DNA of 64,000 bases from Octopus vulgaris (Eukaryota): assembly GCA_951406725.2 (NCBI GenBank), contig OX597815.1:99696001-99760000 (forward strand), given 5' to 3'. The notes beneath the pieces were generated by a model. The model was not told the origin of the DNA, did not search any database, and saw only the letters and a list, made by a program, of their open reading frames with translations. Of the stretch, positions 12,452 to 26,174 are shown piece by piece. Every line of letters begins with the position of its first letter. Position 1 is the stretch's first letter. The position numbers were made by a program, and so were the translations under genes.

Positions 12452-12700
12452 TTATAAGAGGTAATGGTGTCAGTAAGACCCACAAGGTGTCAGGTAATGC
12501 TAAGTAAGTGCTATGGATAGACCATAGTTAAGCTCCAGGTTCTGTGATCATGCGAATAAGGAGTTCAATGTAGGCCATATATCAGCATATATAAAATATA
12601 AAATACTAAATATATTTTTTAAACTTGAGATAAAAACAACCAAGGCTGTGAAAGTGTTCTAAAATTTTCACAGTCATGTTTTTTTATCTCATTCTGAAAA
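12450..12700 (-). mobile_element. Repeat fragment homologous to the hammerhead-bearing element at 37195-37465
   Basis: atggtgtcagtaagacccacaaggtgtcagg...atagttaagctccag versus atggtgtcattgagacccaaaggtgtcaga...atagttaagttccag (37201-37275). Confidence 0.65.
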
Positions 12701-12906
12701 TAAATTTTATATGTTATTATTATAGTCATAATATATATGGGTACAGGACGTCACCAACGATGCAAATAACATGAAATACGCAAACAAACGAGTTAAATAT
12801 ATAAACAACGAGAAAAAATGGAAAACAGGACAGGTAAACATAGAGAAATGACGCTTCATCAGTTTTCAGCTGTCTATCTACTCCTCATATATATATATAT
12901 ATATAT

Positions 12907-13326
12907 ACAATTGCAGTGTGGAAGGTGTTTATAAGCCATTTAAGAAACGCACAAAAACCGTTAGATTCACTTCAACATTTAAATTTAATTTGCCAAAATA
13001 TTTTCTTCGCTTCGAGACCGCGACCTATTCACTGACAAAATTTCGTGCTGCATCAGTGAACACTTGATGTAGGGCTTCCGTGTTGAATGTGAGGCCGTGT
13101 GGGTAGATAAATCACTAATGATTACTTCAAACACCATCAGTATCCCTGATTTTGTCAGTGAACAGGTCGCGGTCTCAAATCGACGAAAATATTTTGGCAA
13201 ATTAAATTTAAATGTTGAAGTGAATCTAACGGTTTTTGTGTGTTTCTTAAATGGCTTATAAACACCTTCCACGCTGCAATTGTTTTCATTCCAGCACACG
13301 ATCTCAGATCAGGTCACTTGCTATGC

Positions 13327-13331
<5 letters not shown>
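12907..13331. repeat. Asymmetric inverted repeat (arms 12907-13041 and 13149-13283, about 107-bp spacer, 48-bp tail)
   Basis: acaattgcagtgtggaaggtgtttataagccatttaagaaac... pairs with ...gtttcttaaatggcttataaacaccttccacgctgcaattgt with few mismatches. It is flanked by (TA)n and (CA)n. Confidence 0.85.
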
Positions 13332-13414
<83 letters not shown>

Positions 13415-13530
13415 CAACGGGCTTCTTTCAGTTTCTGCGTACCAAATCAAAAGGCCTTCATCGGCCCGAGGCTCTAATAGAAAACCCTTGCCCAACTTGC
13501 CACGCAGTGGAACTGATCCCCGAACCATAA
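13415..13530 (-). mobile_element. SINE fragment (54113-54275 family)
   Basis: acgggcttctttcagtttc...tgccacgcagtggaactgatcccgaaccat is the reverse complement of the family sequence. Confidence 0.65.
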
Positions 13531-13924
13531 ATATTTATAAAATCAATTTAAAGTCTTCTAATATTTCCAATTCAAAAAATCTTTTTTATCATGACTTACT
13601 ATCATCCACTCAGCTGATTGATAAAACCATACTCACTACACGTACTCACTACTACGCCCGCTTACGTATATTCTCTTCTCTTCTGTTTGCCTCAAAGGCA
13701 CGTTCGCGCCAATTAGACCAGCACAACACACTGTGTCTTCCCCTCGGCCCTCAACTCCTTCTGATGCTACCACTCTTTCCTATATTGAACTGTTCCTTGC
13801 CTATGTAATTGATTTATATCTTGACCTGCATATATTCAGATTAAATACGGATTGTAAAAATCTCAAAAGTATGCGAAGACAGCAACATTGATAGCAGCTC
13901 TTTCTTCTCCCACCTATCTTTCTT

Positions 13925-13979
<55 letters not shown>

Positions 13980-14030
13980 TCCCTTCTCTTTCATTCTTCC
14001 GTTTTCTGTTGCTGTATGTGTGTGTGTGTA

Positions 14031-14107
<77 letters not shown>

Positions 14108-14812
14108 ATTTATCTATGTATATGAGAGAGAGAGAGAATGTGCGTGCTTGGTATTAATGTATGATTAATGTGAAGTTATGTTTAAAGCAAGGAAAAAAAA
14201 CAACATTAAAAATTTGAGCAAAGTACGAGTACATGTTTATTATTTTTTGCAGGGAAACTGTTGACAGTGACTTCAAAATTTCACCTTGACCGTTTTTATT
14301 CGAGCAAAAGCGTAATGTGTGTGTGTGTATGTGTGTAAGAGTGTGCGTGTGTGAGAGTGTGATTGTGTATTTGCGTGTGTGTATTTGTGTGTGTGTGTAT
14401 GTGTTTGTGCTTGTGTTTGTGTTTGTCTTCGTGTGTGTATGTGAGTGTGTGAGTGCGTTTGTGTGCGTGAGAGTATGTGAATGCGTTTGTGTGTAAGCGT
14501 GCGTGTGTTTATGAGTGTTACACACATACAGCTTGGTCTCGTTTTAAAATAATTTTCACCTCTACTGCAATATTTCAAGCAATTGTATTTCATACCATCC
14601 TTCATTATTATAGATTCACTGGTTTCCAAGAGCCAACACACAAGGTACACCTACGTAATTGCTCACGCTGCATAACTATGTAGTCTTGAAACTATGTAAA
14701 ACTCTTGGATACTGCTCCTCCATTTTTGTTTAAATCTTAAATAATTGTCATTCTGAAATCACAATATTTGTGCATCTCGTTGTCTTCGAGCCCGATATTG
14801 AATACATTACAA

Positions 14813-15100
14813 GGCAGCGAACAAGCAGATACGTTAGCACGCCGGGTGTAATGCTTAGCGGTATTTCGTCTGCCGCTACGTTCTGAGTTCAAATTCCGCC
14901 GAAGTCGACTTTGCATTTCATCCTTTCGGGGTCGATAAATTAAGTACCAGTTACGCACTGGGGTCGATATAATCGACTTAATCCGTTTGTCTGCGCTTGT
15001 TTGTCCTCTCTGTGTTTAGCCCCTTGTGGGTAGTAAAGAAATAAATATTTCGTCTGTCTTTACGTTCTGAGTTCAAATTCCGCCGAGGTCGACGTTGCCT
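14813..15100 (+). mobile_element. tRNA-derived SINE with a partial tandem duplicate of its head region
   Basis: B-box-like gagttcaaattcc followed by gtcgactttgc.tttcatcctttcggggtcgataaattaagtacc, which resembles the Nin-type conserved SINE domain. It recurs at least 7 times in the window. Confidence 0.75.
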
Positions 15101-15204
15101 CGGAAAAGTCCCTTAGGAAAATAACCATATATTGAAGGCTACATGTAATATGAAGCAGTTAGAGATGAAGTAGATGACAATTACATCAACAGACATTAGA
15201 ATAT

Positions 15205-15408
15205 GCGAGCTGGCAGAAACATTAGCACGTCGGCGAAATGCTTAGCGGTATTTCGTCTGCCGTTACGTTGTGAGTTCAAATTCCGCCGAGGTCGACTTTG
15301 CCTTTCATCCTTTCGGGGTAGATAAATTAAGTACCAGTTATGTACTGGGGTCGATCTCATCGAATAGCCCCTCCCCAAAAATTTCGGGCCTTGTGCCTAG
15401 AGTAGAAA
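15205..15408 (+). mobile_element. tRNA-derived SINE (same family as 14813)
   Basis: gcgagctggcagaaacattagcacg...gagttcaaattccgccgaggtcgactttgcctttcatcctttcgggg. Confidence 0.75.
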
Positions 15409-15710
15409 ACTATATTGAATACACTACAACCCTATTTCAATGGTTACCATGCGCATGAAATATATTTCGTGTGTTCTTTACCTCTAAAATCACAAACGTG
15501 ATTGTCAAGATTTAAACTAAACATTAACCGCATTTTTTAATTATTTTATTCTTTTACTTGTTTCAGTCGATAAACGGCGGCCTTGGTGGAGCACAGCCTT
15601 TTATAATGATGCTGGGGCTCGTCCGATAGTGCATAATAACTGCAAGTTATTAATTTTGAAGTGCTTGAAGTGAAAATAAAATTGCTCCTCATTTCCAGTA
15701 GTAGTAGTAA

Positions 15711-15790
<80 letters not shown>

Positions 15791-16309
15791 CCTTCCCAGA
15801 GCCCAAGGAGATCGAGACTTCATCCAATTTGAAAATCTCTCACAGGACCACCACAAATGGATTGGCTGTATATCTTTAAACATCTAACGACTGGATGCTA
15901 AAACTCATGAAAGGCATAAGAGACATTGTTCTGTCATGAACAAACGTTAAAACTTTGTTTTTGAGTTCATGCATGATAGCCAGGCTGACCGTCATGACGG
16001 AGTTGCAACAACCGTTGTTGCAAAAATGTGAAATTAATGGTAAGGAAAGAAGCGCATGAACAATAGGCTGATAGAGGGGAACAAACACCTCTGCATAGCA
16101 AATATGTGGTCTGTAGCAAAGAAGCTGATGTTGAGCTGAGGCACAGCTGTCAGTGACCACGGAGCTCAAGGCTAAAGGTATAGAGAAAATACTTCTCGTT
16201 AGCTGCTCAAGATGAAAGCTTATTGACCCGAAGATACCAAGCCAAGTTGAGGAAAATTCGAGTAGACCCAAAATGCCTAATCTGCAATGATGTAATGACC
16301 GTTCACACG

Positions 16310-18370
16310 TATGACCATTCACCCGTATGGCCGAGAAGATGCCGCTGTACAAAGCAGTGTTCCACCCGCGGAAGACCGGACCGAAAACGGCTGCCTTGAG
16401 AACAGCTGACAAGAATCGATGGTCGACTCTATCGAAGGCTTTAGACTGATGTAAATCGATCAAAGCCCCACTCGTACCAGTTTCGTTACCGACCCTCTCT
16501 ATGATGTAACACATGAGGTGGAGGTTGTCGTGGATAGACCTGGTCGTGACTGCGCATGTTTGCGCCTTGCCAATCAGCTTGTCCACAACAGCCGCCAACC
16601 TCTTGGCTAACACTTTGGCCCAAATCTTCAACTCTGCTTTGAGCAGACTGATGGGCCTGAAGTTTTCTATCACGTTCCCCCTATTTAGATCCTTTCTCAG
16701 CAGTGCCACAATTCCTCGACAAACAAAGGCGGGAATTCTCCTGCTTTGTTACCAGTTACAGTAGACATCTACCAAGAGGCCCACAAATAAATCTGGCATT
16801 GAAATATAAAGATCGTAGGGCAAACCATCCAAACTCGGCGATCTACCGCTCGTGTATGTTTTCATCACTTCTTGTACTTCCCAGGCAGCAATCGGTCTTT
16901 CGCAGCACTCCGCCTCGTTCGCCGAGAGTCGCAGCAGGTCGTCCAGGTACACACCGAAGTCTGCTCCGTTGTCTATCCCACCCCTTCGTCTCAAACAGTC
17001 GAGCAAAGTGCTGCTGAAAGGCCGCACACATCTGCTTCACTTCGAACACCTCGCACCCCTTCTGGTCCACCAAAAACCGAATGGTCTCTGTGTTGTCACG
17101 CTTGGCCTTCGCCACGCAGGCCCATCGAGTGGCCTTAGTCTCCTCCCTGCTTAACGCGCCTTAGCTCTGACAACGCAGCCTTCGTGTTTGGCGTCGAAGT
17201 GTTTGTCGAGGGCCAACCTCACTGCCAACACGTCGGTCGCGATGACTGGCCTAAGAGCCTCGTCTAGATTTCTAACTAAATTTCCATCTATTTTCTTTCT
17301 TTCTACAGCTAAAGCCTTACTAAACCTAATTGATTCTACTCTAATTGCCCTCTTAAGAGCAAACCACCAGTTTTTGACGATCGCCCCCGTCAACGCCCAC
17401 TTAACTAATACGCTAATCCGGTCTCTGTAAGCTTTGCATGCCGTTAATGATGCGCTTAGCTTCCAGTAACCGGGACCTTGTCTATAGAGCCTATCTAAAT
17501 CGACTGTACAGATCACGATTTTGTTGTCTGTGTAGTCGACTATGTGGAATTGGGGACACCCTATGCTTTCCTCATCTGCTGGCCTACAGAAAACTCTATG
17601 TACGATCTAGACGACCCGATGCGATTTGTCCAAGTCCACATTGGCACGTTCGGGTTGTCTAGTCGATATCTGTCAGACAGTTGAAAACGTCTGAGCAGGT
17701 TGGTGAGGCTTTTGCACCCCCTCTTCTATCAGATACTCCTGTCCCACCCGATCGAAACGTTCGTCTAAGACAGCGTTCCAATCCCCTACTAACACTAAAA
17801 TGCAAGACGTACTCAGGAATACATCTAGACGCTTAAATTAATCCAACTGCCCTGCCCCTCTCGGAGAGTAGGCAGGCACCAGTCTCAAAGCACCACCGTC
17901 ACTGCCGTTTACATCCATGACCGCCAACTTACCCTCTGGATCAAGGAAGATTGCCTTTATTTTCAGATCCATGCCTTTCCGGAACAGCACTGCAAAACCA
18001 CCACCACCCGCTCCTGGCCGACACTTGGCCTTGCTGTTGTTGTTGTCGTAGCTACTTATGTTAGTCTTGGTGGTGTTGCTGGTGGTCTCACTGGTACACA
18101 TGTTCCCAGTTCTCTCTTCCTCTCTCTCCAGTGTAGGAGCAATAGTGGTGGTGAGAGCAGGGAAATGCACGTTGAGAAGGCGGTCCAATGAACAGCCTTC
18201 GTTTTCCTCTCTAGCGCTGCACATGCCGGAAAGCTTCTTCTCCATATCTTTTTTGCCTTTTAAGGCGCGGAGTGGGCGGAGACAATTAACGTTGGACATT
18301 TCTTTTATGTAGTCGTTCGACTGCAGAGGGTGTGGTGCGTAAAGAAGAGAAGAGGTTACACTCCTCTTCA
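16310..18370 (-). mobile_element. Decayed Tx1/L1-clade LINE fragment (APE endonuclease and N-terminal half of RT, several stops and frameshifts)
   Basis: GGFAVLFRK, LVGDWNAVLD, GPGYWKLSASL, GRSPSLDGLPYDLY, NFRPISLLKAELKIWAKVLAKRL, RSIHDNL and SKAFDRVDH occur in order across ORFs 17838-18371, 17151-17516, 16749-17115 and 15876-16709. Homology stops after IRVNGH. Confidence 0.85.
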
Positions 18371-18611
18371 TAGATATTTTTGTAAAATTTCGATGTGCAA
18401 AATCGAAATTGAAAAATTTGAAATGAAAAATTCTCTCCTAAAAGGGAAAAATTCTGCCTAACCGATTAGCTCAGCAAGAGGGCAGTCGGCTTGGTTACAG
18501 AAATATGCAAAATTATTAATATATATGACAAAATTATCAATGATAATTGGGCAAAAACTCACAACTTCTGAAGACACGCCCTTTCGCTTTGAAACCAAAA
18601 ATAACAGTAAT

Positions 18612-18653
<42 letters not shown>

Positions 18654-18654
18654 T

Positions 18655-18862
18655 TCTACAGAAGGCATATGGCCTGAAATTAGGCGAGAGAGGGACTAGT
18701 CGATTACATCGACCCGAATGTTTCACTGGTACTTAATTCATCGACCTAGAAAGATGAAAGGCAAAGTCGACCACTGTGGAATTTGAACTGAGAAAGTAAC
18801 GGCAGACGTAATGTCGCTAAGCATTTTGTCGGACTTGCTAACGATACTGCCAGTTCACCACC

Positions 18863-18864
<2 letters not shown>
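18655..18864 (-). mobile_element. SINE (14813 family) between two (AAT)n tracts
   Basis: gatgaaaggcaaagtcgaccactgtggaatttgaactgag is the reverse complement of the family core. Confidence 0.7.
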
Positions 18865-18929
<65 letters not shown>

Positions 18930-18940
18930 TAATAATAATC

Positions 18941-19025
<85 letters not shown>

Positions 19026-20142
19026 CAACAACAACAATAATAATAATTCTGGTGATGGTGGTGAGGATTTCGTTGTTATAACAAACGGACGAATTTTAGA
19101 TTGCACAAGAAGGATGAGATGTTTTACATAGAACACAGAAAACAAATTATGATGATAACATGTATGCGCGCGCGCACACACACACACACACACGCAAACA
19201 CATACATATGTATGTGTGTGTACATGTTTGTATGTATGTATAAGGCAATGCAAAATGAATTCTGTCGTTGATTCCTACAAGCAAACATTGAGCTCTTCGA
19301 CATCTACCTTTAATAAATAGAGAAAGGTAGATTGAGTGATCTATTGTATTGTATTTTAGCTCTTATTCATGAGACAGATATTTGAATTTTAAGTCTTGGA
19401 AAGATAGGTAGAACGAAGATGAGAAAGACGAAAGAGAAGAGAAAAATTTTGTATTTAAATAAATATTCGAAAAATCTAGAACTCGAGTCGAACTTCAATT
19501 AAACAATTATATCCTAATTAGTGACAATGTTAAGCAATGGATAGCAAGACATGATCGGTTATCGATGGGGTCCTAGCATAAACAATAGTCCTAAATATCA
19601 ATCCATTAAAATCGACATTTTCAAGACATTTCTCATCGAAATGAAATTTCATTTTTATATCTATTTTTGTATTTTAATTACAGTTCCTATTTCTGAAATA
19701 ACTTTCGTATTCATCACGTGACATTCTTTGGGTAGTTAGAGTAATGGTAAGAGATGTGTGATGCAAATCATGGAGATGCTGATGATAATGGTCATGATGG
19801 TGGTGGTGTTGTGATTGTTGTTGTTAGTGGCAGTGAGGATGACGATGGTGGTGGTGGTGGTGGTGGTGGTGGGAGACGATGGCGATCACAATGATAATTA
19901 CGTTGATAATGTCGACGGTGATGGGGACGTAAATCATGATGGGAATGATGATGAAGTATACATCAGATATAACACTAAAACATGCAAATATAATAAGTAA
20001 TGATAATAATACTACTAATAATGATATCAATAATGATATATATAACAGCGCCAATAAATACTCTGCTTCATTCTACGCACACATACACATACAAATATAC
20101 ATACAATCTTGAAATAAACTAAATAATGCCACACATACGTAC

Positions 20143-20193
<51 letters not shown>

Positions 20194-20499
20194 TATACTT
20201 TACTGAGTTTTGCTTATCCTGTTTTTCCACCGAACATATATGTGCGTGTATGTGTGTACGCAGTTAGATATGTATCCACGCAGACGCGCACATACACACA
20301 TACTTTCATACATACATGCATACATACATACATACATACATACATTGCACGAATGCATACTCATACATACACACATACACACATACAAACATACATACAA
20401 ACATACATACAAACATACATACAAACATACATACATACATACATACATACATACATACATACATACATACATACATACATACATACATACATACATACA

Positions 20500-21860
20500 T
20501 TTGACGTTTTGATGAGATCCGAGCCACTGATATGAAATCCCGAAAAATACTAACAAGCACACATAATTTCCACATAAACAGTGACATAAACCGTCTCTAC
20601 CTAAAACGAAAAGAAGGCAGCAGAAGATTAACATCAATCTAAAATGTCTTTGAATGTCGAATCATATCCCTTCGGCAACATATTTTAACCACCAGGTATC
20701 GAAGTGCTTCCCTTGACCGCGTAATATCAGACGAGAGGATGAGCCTTTATGAGCAGAAGTTATATATATGGATATGTTTGTAGAAAGCTCCGTGATGATA
20801 GTAACATCGATCATCAAAGCAACTTATCATAGAGCAATAGCCGGATTACTACCTCCTTCTTTGAAGGATATGCGTTTGCAATTCAGGAACAGGAAATATT
20901 AACCAACTACCTGATGCACAGGAAATATTAACGAAGTACCTGATGCACAAAAGGGACAGCGATGCAGAAAAAGCAGCAAAATGTGACAAATGATGCAGCC
21001 CTTTTGGAGTTAACACTGAAGATGTCACTTACATCATTAGCAGGTATCCGAAAATGTCATGACGGTATTATCTACCGAGGAGACATAATGTTGTAGCTAG
21101 GACACTATAATGATAACCCCGAAGACAATGAAATAAGAACCCACAGTCTGGTAGAAGGCATAGCTATTCATAATAAAAAGAAGTACTGGTGGATTGTCCC
21201 AGTGAAATACTCAATAAAATGTAAGCATAACAGACCTGATATAAGGATTTGGTATAGAGAAGAGAAACTGTGTGCAGTTGTGGAAATTAGCTGCCCAGTG
21301 GATGTTAACATAAGGCTGAAGATAAGTGAATAAGAGAATACCTACGATGAACTATTGAGGAATCTGCACTTACTCTACCCAGATTACAAGTCCAGGTTTA
21401 TACCTGTAATTATTGGGGCCCTAGGATATTTATCACACTGCCTCAATACCAATCTTGAGGAAATTAAGCTTCTCAAGAGCAGGAAAGAGAAAGCTAATTC
21501 CAAACTACAGATCCAACCTATCACTGGAACTGTAAAAATCTGTAAAACTTTCCAGAAGTTTATCATTTAAATTTATATGAGCATGTCTAGATATGTTACT
21601 ATATGCATGAAAAGACATAAAGTAAAACATATAAATCTGTGCACATTCATACATACATACATACATACATACATACATACATACATACATACATACATAC
21701 ATACATACGTACGTACGTACATACACACATACATACAAAAATACCCAGTTATTGTTGTTGAAATTCCAATTAAGGAACCATGAATCTAGGTTAGAAACCA
21801 GCTCTTTCTCTATTGGCAAGAAATCTTAAAATCAAACTGAACAACGATATACATACATGT
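20500..21860 (+). pseudogene. Decayed Dong/R4-type RLE retrotransposon, 3' portion
   Basis: INRLYLKRKEG, QEQEIL, KHNRPDIRIW...VVEISCP.D, FIPVIIGALG. Multiple stops and internal deletions. Confidence 0.75.
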
Positions 21861-22115
21861 GGAGATAGAGGGAAATTAAGAGAACCAATGGGATTGCTAA
21901 ATAAAAATCTGTCTTTCTCATTTTCCCTCTTTCTCTCTCTCTCTCTCTCACTCCTTGTATATGCTATTACTCCCTTACACCTAATCAGTTATAACATGTC
22001 ATGGACATAGAATGTGCCATGCATTCGGTGACAGTTTTAGCTCCCCATGTTCTCGTACGCAAATATGGATCTTCTTTCGAGCATTCCATTCTTGACTGAA
22101 TTCTAGCAGAAAATC

Positions 22116-22190
22116 CATCATGTGACAGTGAGAAAACTGAAAGAGGACTGCATCATGTGACAGTGAGAAAACTGAAAGAGGACTGCATCA
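22116..22190 (+). repeat. Perfect 35-bp tandem duplication
   Basis: catcatgtgacagtgagaaaactgaaagaggactg twice, plus catca. Confidence 0.9.
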
Positions 22191-22373
22191 AAATTGAGCT
22201 CAATTTTTATCGATGGCAAAAGAATGAAAAGTAATATTCATCTCGTCGGATTTCGAATTGACAACAGAAAGAGCCTGAACATATGTTGTAAGCCATTCTT
22301 TGTGAATGTTAACGGCTTCTACTTATATACACATATATATCTAGCTAGCTAGCTAGCTAGCTAGCTAGCTAGC

Positions 22374-22480
<107 letters not shown>

Positions 22481-22558
22481 CTTTCTTTACTGGCCACACA
22501 AGGCTGAACACAGAGGGGACAAATACAAATGTAGAGCTTTTCTTTTCGAAGATGGAAA

Positions 22559-22654
<96 letters not shown>

Positions 22655-23329
22655 GTAGATAGATAGATGATAGATAGATAGATATCATTTAAGGTATACA
22701 GGACTTATACATCAGCTGCTTAAATTTCATGCTTACAATATTCAGTATTTAGATGGGCTAGTATAGCGTACCATACACAATTTGGGAATCTCTGAAGCTC
22801 ATATAACAGGACTGCTTATTTGGCAATTATAAAAAGAATTTCATGAAACGGTCTATACGAAGCTGTATTACTGTGAGGACAGAAATTTTTTTTACCATGA
22901 AGTGTAACGACCTTCAAAACCTGAAGTCATAAAATTTTACGTGATGAATATTTCTCAACAAGTTTCTGTTCTCTATCTAGAAAATATCCCAACCCACACA
23001 GCGTATTAGACACAGAGTTTCACAAATTTGTTAGCTTTTCCCCAGTCTACGTCACTGTGAGGTATAGTTTTTGACATCTCTTTGACATCAACATTCAAAG
23101 AGTATAATATATACGTACACATAAGCTCGCGCAAAACACACACACATAGATTTACAAATAAATAGATATAGATGAAAATTAAAAATACTGTAAGAAAGTC
23201 TCTAGAGGGTGGCTTAATACAAAAGGCACCACCAGTACTGCGATAGCAAATATGAAAAATATGCTGTGTGTATTGAGGTAAAAATAATATCTGTGGCCAG
23301 ATATATCAAAGAACTCACTGAAGCAGAAA

Positions 23330-24028
23330 GAAAATTCAAGAACCGAAGGAAGAACGAGTGGACAGATAGCAGCCAGGAGAACAAACTACATTGCTTATTC
23401 ATGCATCAAACCGAGAATTTTGGAAATAAAGAAGGCTGGTTGGGTTAACATATGTAAACTTGAAAAAAAAACTGAAGCGCTTATTATAGCCGATCAGAAA
23501 CAAGCCATTCGAATGAATTTAATACAGACAACGATTGACAAAACTCATTTTTAAAAAATTTTGGATTTGTGGGAAAGGAAACAAAAGTATTAAACATCAC
23601 TGAAGTGAATGCAGTATGCTAGCACGAAAAGAGTATAATTATTAACGCAGGCGTGACTCTGTCGAGAAAAGTGTGCACTGGAATGTTAGCTCACGGCGTG
23701 GATCCAAAGTAACAGAAAAGTGGTACGAATAGAAGCCAGGGGGAAAGATTTTGAATGATAATAATAGAATTTCACGGGATTTCTCCATAAAGACTGACGA
23801 TACTATAGAAGGAAGATCAATTATGAATATAGAAAGCAAAGAAAGGAATATAAAAGACGCCACGACAATATAGCCAGGCTTGTCCATTGGACACTTTGCA
23901 ACAAGTATGGATGTAACAGTGCAAGAAATTGGTACGTCTACAAACCTGAAGTCATCGTCGAAAATAGAAATGCAAAGATCGTATGGGATTTTATGATTCA
24001 GTGCGACCATGATATAGAGAATAGAAAG
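23330..24028 (+). pseudogene. Two old Dong/R4-type fragments (zinc-knuckle and RLE region)
   Basis: TEALII...QAI, RRRDSVEKSVHW...KWYE at 23470-23830. RHDNIARLVHWTLCNKYG...WYVYKPEVIVENRNAKIVWDFMIQCDHDIENRK at 23855-24028. Confidence 0.7.
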
Positions 24029-25202
24029 CTCTATCATGCCTGTTGAGATACTCTGTAGGCGCTAGAAGACTGCACCTGGAGACAACATGATCAATGGTTT
24101 CATTTTGTTGTTGACATACACGACATGTTGGGCTACTACCGTTCTTTAATATGTTGGCCTGGTAGTTCCTTGTTGGTAGGCATTGATCTTGAGCTGCTAT
24201 GATAAACCCTTCTGTTTCAGATTTCAAGCCAGAGACCATTAGCCACTGACGGGTCAGGGCTTTGTCAACATCTGCATTATTCGCTCTCTTTGGGTATTTG
24301 CCATTGAGAGGTTTTTCTTGCCATTTATCATTCAGAATTTCTAAGGCAGCAGTTTTGGCACGGGTTTTCATGCGTTTAGCTTTTTCTGTGCTTGTTTCTT
24401 GTATGTCAAATTCCGAAATTTGTTGTATTTGGAATTCATTTAGATATCCCTTTGCCTATTTTGTTACTGAGTATGATGCTTTCTTGTTTTCATGTTTTGA
24501 GACAAGTATTAACATCCAGTCCTCAGAGTTTTTCAGGTAGGTATCTAGGCCAATTGTAGCAATCTTCATTGTTATTGCCAGTTGTAAAAGTCCACGGCCT
24601 CCTTCTTTTCTTGGCAGATAAAGTCGTTCTATATCTGCCTTAGGGTGGTGCATTCTATGCATTGTCAACAGTTTTCGTATTTTTCCGTCAAGATTACATA
24701 TTTCAGTAATTGACCAGTTAACGATATTGAAACTGTAAGTCACGACTGGTATGGCTAAAGCATCGATCGCTTCGATCCTGTTTCTCGCATTCAGCTCTGT
24801 CTTGAGTATTGCTCTACTCTGCGATAACATTCTCTCCTGATCCTTTCCTTCATCACTGAATGCCTTATTCCGGCCCCTTCAATTACCCCTAGGTACTTGT
24901 AGCTCTCCTCTGGGTCTAATTCTTTTATGACATTCTGCTGGTCAACGTTTACATTAGATGTTTCTGTCATTTTTCCTTTGATAAAGGTAGCTTTTGCACA
25001 TTTATCGAGGCCAACTTGCATTCTGATGTCATCACTGAATTGTTTAACAATCGCTAGTAAGCCCTTGAGTTGTTGGTCATTTTTTGCAAAGAGCTTTAAA
25101 TCATCCATGTAAATGAGATGATTTATATTTTTATCAAACACTTTATATCCGTACTGTGCGTCATTGAGCAATTTTGAGAGAGGTATTAAGACTAAACAAG
25201 GC
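24028..25202 (-). pseudogene. Dong/R4-type RT fragment (YMDD through zinc knuckle), one frameshift and one stop
   Basis: INHLIYMDDLKLFAK, YKYLG, RLYLPRKEGGRGL, GLKSETEGFIIAAQDQ, CRVC...ETIDHVVSRC, RHD. It is collinear with the 26316-28745 protein, and the 5' junction is in (TAA)n. Confidence 0.9.
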
Positions 25203-25244
<42 letters not shown>

Positions 25245-25306
25245 CATCATCATATCATCATTATTGTTGTTGTTGTTGTTGTTGTTGCTGCTGCTGCTGC
25301 TGCTGC

Positions 25307-25340
<34 letters not shown>

Positions 25341-25394
25341 GCTGTGGTGGTGGTGGTGGTGGTGGTGGTGGTGATGATGATGATGATGATGATG

Positions 25395-25600
25395 ATAGGT
25401 GTAGCTACAATCATGGCTGAAAAAAGTCGGTGCAAGTGTGAAGGTAGAACTCCTACAAAAATCAGCATTACTTGGAACTGCAAGAATTCTTCGCAGGGTT
25501 CTTGAAGCAGGACTGGTAAAACAAGTACCACCTTAGTCTGCTGCCAGTGGACAGCGGACACTTTCCATCATACCCAGCTATATAAGCCGTAAGTTTTAAT
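25395..25600 (+). mobile_element. 3' end of a further Dong/R4-type family
   Basis: WLKKVGASVKVELLQKSALLGTARILRRVLE matches the family C-terminal QK..L.GT..ILRR motif. Confidence 0.7.
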
Positions 25601-25642
25601 ACAACATCAACAACAACAATAATAATAATAATAACAATAATG

Positions 25643-25722
<80 letters not shown>

Positions 25723-25726
<4 letters not shown>

Positions 25727-26040
25727 GAAATGGAGAAACTCTCAAAATACAAAGACCTGGAAATAGAGATAACTAGAATGTGGAACCTGAAAACAGAAAC
25801 AATTCCTATCATAGTAGGTGCATTAGGCATGATAAAAAAATATTCAGACAAATACATAACAAAAACTCCAGGACTTACAAACACATATAACATACAGAAA
25901 ATTGCACTACTAGGCACTGCACACATCCTACGCAGAACACTTTCCATACAATAACCATCAGAGCATCACAACAAATCACAGCACATACCCAAGGCACACA
26001 GAGCTGCGCTCGGTAGTGAATTGAAAGCACGCTATAAAAA
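25723..26040 (+). mobile_element. 5'-truncated Dong/R4-type 3' end between (AAT)n tracts
   Basis: KEMEKLSKYKDLEIEITRMWNLKTETIPIIVGALG...IQKIALLGTAHILRRTLSIQ* followed by a short 3' UTR. Confidence 0.85.
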
Positions 26041-26048
26041 TAATAATA

Positions 26049-26174
<126 letters not shown>

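Noticed and set aside
15876-16310. C-terminal half of the 277-aa ORF as part of the RT
   Set aside because: RT similarity ends at IRVNGH, and the rest is read-through into unrelated flank.
22116-22190. CRISPR-like repeat
   Set aside because: It is two adjacent copies with no spacer in eukaryotic DNA, i.e. a simple tandem duplication.
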